A stretch of 64,000 nucleotides of DNA from the IMG/VR virus record IMGVR_UViG_3300036770_003093, positions 1-64,000 of that record; one strand, given 5' to 3'. The translations under genes were made by a program, and so were the position numbers. Source of the stretch: a virus. Its lineage: Duplodnaviria; Caudoviricetes. The notes under the pieces were generated by a model that made no database searches, was not told the origin of the DNA, and worked only from the letters and a program-made list of their open reading frames with translations. Positions 1 through 11,000 of the stretch are shown here, in pieces (position 1 is the first letter of the stretch; every line of letters begins with the position of its first letter).

Positions 1-2027
1 TTTGGTTGTATAGCATTTACATTACTTAAAGAAGGATATTTAGTATAGCTAACACCAAGCAGTTCAGATTTTTTATCCTTGCTCACTTTTTCAGAAGCAT
101 CCCACACACTTCCTGAATAAACATCTGCATTGGCAGCCCATTTAATATCTTTAGATTTGGGATAGATTTTAAACCTAATCTTTCCTCCTCCACCTTCTAA
201 ATGACTAATTGTTCTATCTACAGGTTTAGTGAATGCTGAGATAGTGAACTCACCACCTGCTTTCTCATTATCCTCTATATGCTGCAATAGATTTTGCATC
301 ATGAGGTTTACATCAAAATCTGAATAAGCTCCTAAAACAGATACAAACTCTTGTCCTCTTGAATATATTTCTTCAGGGTTATATCGAATATTATTTACTT
401 TCTTCCAAGTTTCTATAATTTCTTTAGCTTGTTCATATTCTTTATTTTTTTCTATGAAACTTTGAGGTAATTCTCCTGCATTATCTAATTTTAGTTCTCC
501 TACATATTTATTTTTACTTAAACGATTTAGATATTCAATTGCTTCTATTTCAGTATTAAATTCTTCATTTATATATCCATCTGCTATAACACTTCCGTCT
601 TCATCATAAGACCACGTTAATCCAGTTACTCTCCATTTATTATTTGGTTTAAAATTACTCAAATCAACATCTTCAACATTTTTAGCTAACTCACTTATAT
701 GATTACTAGCTTCAGCATAAGTTTTAAACTTCCTATTGTCTGGAGTAGTATATTCTACTTCATATCCCGGAAGAATAAGTTTACTATTAGAATACGCTAA
801 TAAATCAGCTAAATCTCCAATAGTCATATTATCAGGAAGCTTATTTATTTCTACTTCTTTAAGACTTAATAAAGAACGAACAAATTGTTTCATTTCTTTA
901 AGAAGTCTTTTAAGTAATGATATTAACTTACCGTCTTTAACTTTATCTAATCTATCAGCAGTATATAAACCAAGCAACTCTACAATAGCTTCTTCTTGTT
1001 GTTCTTCTAAAGAATATTTATTATCAGGACTTTCTAAATATGGTTTGGCTTCTTCTGGAGAATCAAAATATCTATAACCAGATCTACCATTACTTAATCT
1101 ATAATTACCTAATTCAAAATATCCTTTTTCTAAAGTATTTTTATACTTATAATCTCTTTTAATCCTATCTAATACTTCTTTACCTCTGCCATATTCAAGT
1201 TCTTTGAGTAGGTTTTGGTATAGTTGAGAATTAGGTTTACTTAATTTTAAAGATTTAGCATAACTCTCAGCTTCTTTTCTAGTATCAAAATAATCAACAT
1301 CTCCTAAATTTTCATTAGAAAATGTTTCTAATTCAAATTTACCAGGAGCTTTAGGATCATTAGTTTTTCTTATCTTATATTTGAATCCACTAAGCTCTAC
1401 GCCATTTTTAATAGCTCTAATAATAGGGTGTCCTAATATTTCATGTATGGGAGTATCTAAAGTAGCATAAGCTAAATTAATTATAGCTGTATTATTTTTA
1501 ATTTTACCTTTGTATTCCTTACTTCTATCAGATTCAAATCTTACAGGAATACCTATTCTATCAGATACTCTTGCAGCTAAATCTCTAATAGTTTTTTCAG
1601 ATGCTATTTGTCCTTCTGTTGAGGCTAATTGAAAAGATCTATTTACATCTGGTTTAATTGGTGTTCCTAACTCTTGATAAAGGGCTTCAGGTTCAACACC
1701 AGCAAGTTCATCATTTGCTTGATCTAGAGATTTTAATCCAAGCTTTACTTCATAGGCTTTGATTAGTTTAGTTGGCGCCGCAAAGCTTACCACAACTTCT
1801 TTGGGCCCAGCATTGACCGTATACCAGTTATCTGTAAAAGCTGTGTTCTTATATTGACCAATTGACCAGTCTTTTACCATCTTTTCTAGATCACTCTCAG
1901 AAAAGTTTTCTGCTGATGTAGTTAAAGTTGTACCTTCTGGCTTATATAAACCATTAGTTTTTACAACTATATCTGTTATTAGTGATTGAACAGCACTGTC
2001 TGTTAAGTTTCTAATTTTGCACGCCAT
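1..2027 (-). CDS. large virion cargo protein with zincin-like metallopeptidase domain (partial, runs off the window's left edge)
   Basis: Not in the ORF track. Manual translation from ATG at 2027 (MACKIRNLTD...) stays open to base 1. Contains TLDTPIHEILGHP (HExxxH) and downstream EEAIVELLG. Follows the RNAP gene after a 19-nt gap. Confidence 0.85.
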   Translation of the reverse strand, partial: MACKIRNLTDSAVQSLITDIVVKTNGLYKPEGTTLTTSAENFSESDLEKMVKDWSIGQYKNTAFTDNWYTVNAGPKEVVVSFAAPTKLIKAYEVKLGLKSLDQANDELAGVEPEALYQELGTPIKPDVNRSFQLASTEGQIASEKTIRDLAARVSDRIGIPVRFESDRSKEYKGKIKNNTAIINLAYATLDTPIHEILGHPIIRAIKNGVELSGFKYKIRKTNDPKAPGKFELETFSNENLGDVDYFDTRKEAESYAKSLKLSKPNSQLYQNLLKELEYGRGKEVLDRIKRDYKYKNTLEKGYFELGNYRLSNGRSGYRYFDSPEEAKPYLESPDNKYSLEEQQEEAIVELLGLYTADRLDKVKDGKLISLLKRLLKEMKQFVRSLLSLKEVEINKLPDNMTIGDLADLLAYSNSKLILPGYEVEYTTPDNRKFKTYAEASNHISELAKNVEDVDLSNFKPNNKWRVTGLTWSYDEDGSVIADGYINEEFNTEIEAIEYLNRLSKNKYVGELKLDNAGELPQSFIEKNKEYEQAKEIIETWKKVNNIRYNPEEIYSRGQEFVSVLGAYSDFDVNLMMQNLLQHIEDNEKAGGEFTISAFTKPVDRTISHLEGGGGKIRFKIYPKSKDIKWAANADVYSGSVWDASEKVSKDKKSELLGVSYTKYPSLSNVNAIQP

Positions 2028-2046
2028 GATACTAATATACTAAATA

Positions 2047-5000
2047 TTAAGCACGGAAACATGTTCCGTCTAAATCTAGACCATTTAGATCTTCTTTATT
2101 GATTTTGTCTGCTTCTACACCTTCAATACCTTGTTGGTTCTCTCGTATGAGTTCTCTAACAGAAAATTTACCGGTGCCAGAAATTGGTAGACCAAACCTT
2201 TTATATATCTCACCATAAAGATAATCAGCAATAGCTTTTGACCCAGCATAGTCGCCGGCGATATCTTTAGTTTTCTGAGATATAAGTAAGCTATTATCCA
2301 TGATCACATTGTTCTCAGGATTGCTTAATACCTCTTCTATTTTTGCAAGCTGTTGATCAATTATCTTTTTTGCTTGTTCTACATTAGGAGTCTTAGCATC
2401 TGTAATACTTGGTGTTTGTAAAGGAGTCTTTGTAATACCTTTAGTACTAGATACACCCTGTACTGCAGGTTGTTTGTCTCTAACTTCAAATTCTTTAGGG
2501 AGAACTATGTTATCTGCTATAATATAGTTTTCATGTATATCTTGCCAAATTTGCTTAATTTCTTCTGTAGTAAATCCCGCTAAATCAGTTCCAAATTTTG
2601 TAACGTAGAACTTTAAGTCATCTCTAACTTTAGCTCTATCATTTAAGTCAATTACTTGATTATATATACTGTCTAAAGAAACACTTCTTTTTCCTTTAGA
2701 AAGATCTTTAGTTATAATTGCATACGATTGTCCTTGTAATCCTTTTGGTTCACCATATTTAGCACCAAATTTATCTACAGCAGTTTTAGCGGCTCCATCA
2801 CCATGTCTTCCTTCAGTATTACTACCAAATACAAATACTTCATTTGATTTAAGAGATGTAATATTTTCAGGAGTATATTCTATTTGAGAAGGTTGTACTG
2901 TAGTTTGAGTAGAGGGTTGAATTACTTCAAACTCTATAGCATAAGGATATTTTCCTACTAAGTTATCTGTTACAGCTTTCTCCCAACCTTCTTTTTGCCA
3001 TGTAGCATCTTGATACTCTTGGGTAAATGGTGTAACTTTTGTAATTCTAGTATATACTTGTCTTCCTGTTTTATCAGTCATCCTTATAACTTTACCAACA
3101 AGATCTGATATTTTAGATAAATTATAATCCTTAGCCATTCTTTGTATATCAGTCTTAGCTCTAGTAGTTCTAGTTCTATCTCCTGACATAATAAGATCCA
3201 TGGTAGATTTACCTGCAAACTGTGGTTGCATTTTTCTACCTCCATCTCCATCTTTAAAGTTTTGTTGAATCGGAGTTAGATTATCTGCTACGTCAAATTC
3301 ATTAGCAACGGTAGATGGTTGAGTAGCTCTAAATGTATTAGCATATAAATTATCTATAGCTTTTTTACCAGCTTCATTTATTTTACGCGTGCCTATACCC
3401 GCAAAATTTTTAGTAAGTTTTGGAATGCCTGAATACTCTTTAAATATTTCATCTATATAATCATATTGATACCATTTGTTATCAGATTGATTAAACACAT
3501 AAATAGGTCTCTCTCTTCCATCTATTTTTTCAGCAGCATAAGCAATTGCCCATCCTGTACCTCCAGATACATTAGCCATATCAAGGTTTCCTGTATCAGG
3601 TCTTGTATAAAAACTTTCAACTATAGCAAATACAGCATCTGAGTTTTTAATTTGGTACCAGTTTCTTCCTAACTTATTTATTGTTGCGGGATTTTTTGCA
3701 GCCTTTCCTAATCTTGATGCTCCTATTTGAACAACTTTTGCATATTCACTTTCGTCAGTTATAAGAGCTTGTGGATTATTTTCCATCAACCCTATTATTA
3801 GGTCTTTTTCTTTTCCTTCTTTTGCTCTTTTTAGCATGTCTTGATTATGCCAATTCATATTTGATACAGGATAATCAGCTGACCTAAAGTTAAAGTAAGC
3901 ATCAGCACCACGAGCTGCTCCAGAGTTATTTATATTTGATTGAGTTCTTCCTAACTTAATAGTTTTACCTTGTAAGGTAAATGTTGTTTCTGGCCCAGGT
4001 AAGTTAGTAGATGGTTGAGTAGGTTGTACTTCTATGTAACGTAAACCTGTTGATAAGTCTACATCTGAAATATAAAGCTCTCCTGTTTCCTGATCTATTA
4101 AATCATACAAGTTTTTTTCATTCAAAAACCATTTAGTGCTCTGAGGAGCAGTTTCTCTTTTGCCTGTTTGCGTATTATAAAACTCTTTAAATCTAGTCTT
4201 TGATGTAAAAAATTCTTCAGGTAAAGCTCTATTTCCTCTATACTGATTAAAGAGTCTAACATCCTCATCAGATATAATCTTTTCAGTTCTATATTGTTTT
4301 GGTTGAGGTTGTTGTTTAACTGTTTGTTCACCACCTTCCACAAAACCATCTTCTATATTATTAAAACCTATGGCTATTGGTATATAGCGAGCTTTTGTTT
4401 TAGAGTTTCTTATGTACGAAGATTTGGCGGCTTTCTCTTGATTTAAGACAGTTGGATAAACAACATAAATAACATTACTACTTTGATCAATAATACGATC
4501 ATATTGTTCATAAGGTTTTCGTGCATCTCTTAATTGCATGAACAAAAGATTGTTCATCTTTTTAGATCTAACTCCTCTTATTTTTTCTGGTATAAACCTG
4601 GTATATGCGCCTGGAACAGGTTTTACCTTACCCCGATTCCTATAAATTTTTACAGGTATTTTATTACCAATTCTGTTATTTTCCATAAAACTGGCATAAA
4701 AACTTTCTAAAAAGTTTTGAAAACTTTCTTTTTGATCCTTATTAACAGCATTTATAGCATTCTGAATAATAGGATTGATTTCAGTTTTAAAGTCAATAAG
4801 GTTTACCAGATTGCTAAAGTTTTTATTCAAACCCTCTTGTAAAAATATTACCTGCGGCAACATTCTGAACAAAAAGTTTATGGTCTTGATAGAGTCATCT
4901 GATAAACTTGGCACACGCTGCTTAACAGCATTAAAGTCTTTAAGGGCTTTTAATTCATTGTAATAAGAGGTACCGGTTATATTATCTAAACCTTTATCCT

Positions 5001-8000
5001 TAAGAGTAATGGTATCATAACCTTCTACAGACTCTACAAACAAACTTTGTAGAACAACAAACTGCTCTCTTAAAGCCTGGTTCTTTAACGCCAATTTGTT
5101 TAAAATCCTAGCAAAACTATTACGCTGGTTTTGGAATATAGCATAGCTATTAAGACTCTTAAAGTTTGCCCTATTTACCTTTTTAGTTTCTGAATCTAAC
5201 TCAGGATTGGTGTAATCTAAAATAGAATACTCAATCAAAAATCTAGCATAATCATCTACGTAAGGATAAAAGTTTTTAAAGTTGTCATTCTTTGATGCTT
5301 GATCATTATACATCTTGTATATCTGATTGGCATCTACCATTATTACAGGAACACCATTTTCAAAAGCTATATGAACACCTGATTTTAAAAAGTCAGCATA
5401 CTTTACAGGAGTATCTCTAGTAACACCTATCCCGTTGTAAGATGTAGATGAACCTAAAGTAAATCCTCTAACAGCATTTTGATATAACGCTAGTATAAGA
5501 TCGTTTCTAAAAAGGCTATTAATAATCTCATTACCATTGTTTTTACCAGATGTTTTGGCTTTTGCTAGTTTTCTATACTCATCATCATCATTAGATTTAC
5601 TGTTGATAAAGTCATCAACCTCAGACATAAACCTAAAAGGTAAAACTTCTTTTGCGAGCGCTATAGCAAAGTCTCCAATAAAAAATCCACCTAATATAGA
5701 TTTTTCAGGATCTTGAACCGCCTCTATTAAAGACCGATCTATTCTACCATCATAAAAAAGTTCAGCTATAGCAGCTTCTCTAGATCTTGTTGATAGATAT
5801 GTGTTTTCTCTAGTAGTATCCACATTTGTTGCCCGCGTAAATTTGGTAAACGCATCTGACATATTTAATATCTCAACAAAGTGTAATAACACTTTCTCTT
5901 GATAGTCTTTATCATAACCAGTAGGATCTAGCTGACTCTTTAAATCTGCAAGTTTAAAATCTTCAGTTACTTCTTGCTGAGATATATATACAATTCTTTC
6001 TACACTCTTTTGACCCAACAATTCTTCTAGAGCTTTTTCTTTTGATGTACCTGCTTTAACTTTTACAAACTCTCTTATTATAGGTTGAGATACAAAATAT
6101 ACAGCATATTCTACAGGTACCCCGGCCATGATCATATACATCAAAACTGGTGTGATCTCTTTATTACCCTGAATATAAAATATCCATGGATCTTTACCTA
6201 CGTCAACCCAACCATTAATCATCTGGTTAAAGACATCAGATATTTTATGAGAAGCGGCATCTTTTGTCTTAGCTGTATATGTGTTACTCAATGATATCCT
6301 TTTGCCACGTTTTTGATGAGGCATTAATATTCTAACAGGTATCTCTACAGTTTCCTGTCCAATATCAACTGTATAAGATTCTGGTGAAACAGCACCTAAG
6401 CTATTAAGTAATACATTATAAGTGTTCATGATGGCGCCAATACCTAAAGCATCCATGGCCGTCATATAAGCTTCATACTTACTAATGTTATACTCAGATT
6501 CAAATAGTCTTGTTGGACTAATAACTCCTGTATTTTTTGAAGTTGTGAGTCTTTCTAGAGGATTATAAGTCTGAGTTTTTCTTTTAAGCTCTGCTGCTAA
6601 ATCATCAAATATATCTGTGCTGTTAGGTGTTACTAAAGACACATAGTTTTCAGGGCTTAGTAATATATCTGTTGCTGTTTCTAGGAGGTCTGTTTGCAGC
6701 GCGCCGGTGAAATCACGCTCAACATCTAAAACATACTTAATCTCAGAAAGAAAATCTGATGACCTATCAATTGCGTCATTGAACTCATTTCTTACATCTT
6801 TAAGTTGTTCTATCTGATTGCGTAAAGGTTCTAGCTCTTCAAATTTTAACTTATCAAACTCCTGAATTTTGGAATATAGTCGTTTGTTAAACCTCTCCAA
6901 AATATTTTCACCTTTCTTGTTTAAAATCTTAGATGATATACGAAGAGCTTTTATAATGTCTTTATTCTCATAATCTGGTTTTGAAAGAGCTTTTTGTAAT
7001 GGTTTGGGTAAAAACTTTGATTGACCATTCTCTATATCTAAAGCAATCAGTTTATTAATATCCTCAACAATAAAGTCTCTACGAATCTTAGCATACTCAA
7101 GAATATTTGCGACACTATTAAGTTCTTCTTTAGTTACTTTCTTGTCAGCCTTAAGATTATCGATGATTTCTTTAACATACTTTTTAACATCTTTCCTATC
7201 TAAATTTAGCTCTTTCTCTAATTCAGAAATTCTATTTCTAACATCTTGTTTTGTAGCATATTTACTGGCAGATATTATTTTTCCAGACCTACTAATTCTT
7301 GGAAACAAAGATGGTAGTTTGTCAAAGTCAAAGTCACCACCAGACTTACCAACAATCTCAGATGGTAAAACAATTATGTTGCCTGCGCCAGGAGGTAAGA
7401 ACTCATATATCTCAGCAGCATCAATTGAACTTTGACCCTGAACAGGTATCCTTACACCAAGTATTGTTATAGCTTTACGATTATCATCCTTATCTAACCA
7501 CTTATCATCTTTTATAAGAGTATTCAACCTTTTAAGACTAGCTTCTAGATTAAGTACTTTTTTAGTAGTACCATCTTCTTGTTCAACAAATTCGTAGGTA
7601 CCTATTTTAATACCATTCAAATCTTTTCTCTGAAACAAGTTAAAATAATCACCATGCATTGTAAGAGCAACCTTCATAGCTTTTACTCTAACAGGATCAT
7701 ATTCATAAAATGGTAAGAAGTTATTTGTCCCTAACCATTTTTTACGCTCTGACTCAGTAGCTTTTCTCCAAAAAGATCCAGGTACCTGTACTAATCCTTC
7801 ACCATATGACTTTTGAAGTATAAGCCGGCGGCTGATTACAGAGAAAATAATAGACTCTATTATCTGAGCATTGGGTATCGCAGATAAATCATTTATGAAC
7901 GTACCCTCTTCAGTAACAGATAAAAGATCTACTATATACGATGGTATGTTCTTCTTCTCTAATTGCTTCTGTAAAAACGCTGCAAGCTTTTCTTTTGATC

Positions 8001-11000
8001 CTGAATATGTACCATCAGGATTCTTTACCCAACCAATTTCGTCTAAAAGATCATTCTCTAAGCTTTCTGTAACATCTTTAATTCTTTCTAAATACTTTTC
8101 TACTAGAACCTCCTTGCCAGGGATAATTCTGCCGTCTAAAAACAAGTTCTCAACAATTAACTTACGCATCTGCGTAGCAAATGTTTGACCTGCTTTCCAA
8201 AGATTAGTATTACTTGTAACCTCTTTTAAGTAAGAAATATTAACAGGATTGACAACAAACTCAACATCCATGTTAATCTTGTTGCGATCATTATCCTCAT
8301 ATAAATCTACAGGGTTTTCAACATTGGATATCTTTGAACCACTAGGGTATGTAATGTAATCAATGTTGTTGATAATCATAACTTTATGAATATCATTCAA
8401 CAAAGAATCTTCAATTACATTAGGTATTAAAGGTGAAAGACTAAACTTATGAAGCGCTGTAATAGGAGCTTCTGTTTGTAGATCACCATACATTTGAAGC
8501 TTGTATGTAGGAAAGAAAAACTTCGCGTCGTTTTCATCAAGTGTTTCTCCATTTACAATCTTTTGGTACAGCGCTTCTTGTTGAGGTAACCAGTTATCCT
8601 GTGCAATTTTTAAGTGACGGTATGTATCTAAATTGATATAACCGTGACCATCACCAATCTTCATACCGGCACCATAAGCTTTATCAAAAGCTTTTATAAC
8701 TTCATCTTTAATTTTCTTTTTGCTTCCTTTCTCTCGTTGATGTCTTAGCTCGGTAACCTTATTAATCATGTCATCAAGACTAACAGATCTAATACCTGTA
8801 TCTTCTTTAATGATTGATGTGTTAAGAATTTCTGTTGTAGCTTTTACAGCATTGTCTGGGCGAAGTTCTCGCATAACAGACTCACTGTATGTTTTGGGGT
8901 AATTTTTGTTTATTTCATCTAATATCCACTGATCTGTTATAAATCCAGGCCCACCAGAAGCAGCACCTGCATCATATTTGGTACCAGCTTCTTTTGTATG
9001 ATCATATTGAGCCATGTCACCATAGTAGAAATTATTCATTTCAAACCGGTGTATAAAGTAGTTAACAGTATAAGCTCTTAACAATACATTGTTTTTATCT
9101 TGAGGATTTAATCTTTCATTGTTTTGAGTATCAAAAACTCTATCTACAATGTTTTGGTCGATGAAAATTTCACTAGATGACTCATTAAATCTTTTTGTAT
9201 TTAACGCCTCATTCTTTTCAAAATAACTTCTTAAATCATTAGCAATTGCTGCCGAATTATTATCAATACTAACTCTAGAAGAAACACCTTCGGCAATATC
9301 TCTATAAAGATTTTCTTTAGTTTCTGCTGATAAAATATCATCAAATGCCGTAAATACATCGCCGGCTTTTCTAGTAACCTCTTTACCCTCAGAATCAATA
9401 ACTATTACATCTTTGTTTAAAGCTTGGTTTTTCTTGTAAAGATCATCTGTCTTAAATAAAAGAATCCTTTCATACTCAGCTCTTATATAGTTGTTTATAA
9501 TAATGTTAGCCTTAGAAGGTAAAATAGTATCTACAAAGCTATTAGCATCAACATATAAACTTGCGGAACCATTTTGATCCTGTATGTAATTCACGTACAC
9601 ACTAGATTTACTTTCATGCACAAGAGTAGGCATAATACCCTCTAGCATAAATGAGTAAAAGTCATTTATAAACTTCTGGTTTGCTGTTAAATCTGAGGCC
9701 GCTAAACCCTTAACTATATTACCATATTCATCTAATTTCTGGTATCCTAAATGGTAACCTATAAAAAGACTAAAGTTCTTAGTTCTTCTACCGTTTTTAT
9801 CAAACAGTTTTGATCTTACAATACTGTGTTTAAAGAAAGGGTTTAGCTCTTCATTGAACGCTGCATTAAAATCAACAGCCTGAGTAAGGTTTGAACTGCT
9901 GTTTATTGCCGCGGTTTTCCTAGTCATAGAATTATGCATAGAAACATCTGTCACGATATCCCCGTTTGCATTTAAGACGATGCTGTTATTATATAAAGGG
10001 CTATAAAGCATTTCAATATCTGCAATTTTACCCAGAAGTGTTCTTTGTGAAGTAAACTTTTTGACTTTTACAGTAAAGAATGAAAGAGGATTAGCTAAAA
10101 AATCTTGATTGTTTTTATGAGTTTCAATATCATTTTTCATTGAGAGAACCGCTTCTTTCAAAGCATCAAGCGAAATTTTTCCTGATCTGATAACGTTTTT
10201 AGTTGTATCTGTTAACTCAACACCTAATACCTCTAAAAACTCAAAAACCTTATCATATGATACCTTCTCAGTAATTCTTGGAAGTTTAGCAGGATCTAAA
10301 AGAATACTACCATCTCTATTAATAGGCGTTTTATACTTAAAATTAGAAGACCAATTATTGAAAACATTATTAAGACTGTTTGTTGCTCTACCAATAGTAA
10401 AAAGGTTACCTCTTATTGTTTCACCTTGTTCCGCATCTGCTTGTTGTGGCGATTGTCTGTTTAAAAAAGCTTCCATTTTAGCTTTATCAAAAGCCTGCCA
10501 GAAACCAATTAATATGTCAAGAAGGGTTTGTTTCTGTACAGTTTTTGAAGTCTGAGTAAAAGAGTCTTGGTTTGGCAACATTGCTTTTAAAACACCTAAT
10601 ACTGGAAAAGCATCAACAGCCTCACCTAGTTTATAAAGCATGTTATCATAAGAAGACTCATTGATCAAAGTCTTAGTTATTGCATTAATTGTATGACCTA
10701 GATTTTTAACCTTTGGAAAACCTAAACTATTACGTTTGTAAACAAACATTTTACCTCCAGCAATCAAGTCTGCATCTCGCCCCTCTGTAATGCTCACATC
10801 AGGAATTAAGCTAAGAATGGTTAATAACGCCTTTGGTAGATAGTCTATAATCAAATGATTATTTATCTTCTTATCTCCCATTTGTCCTTGCAACTCTTTG
10901 TTATCAGTAGCATCCGGGTTTGTTTCAGCCTCTATATCCTCATCATTTATAGAAACTAAGTTTGATATAGAGCTATTAGAAGATCTAGAATAGAAATCTA

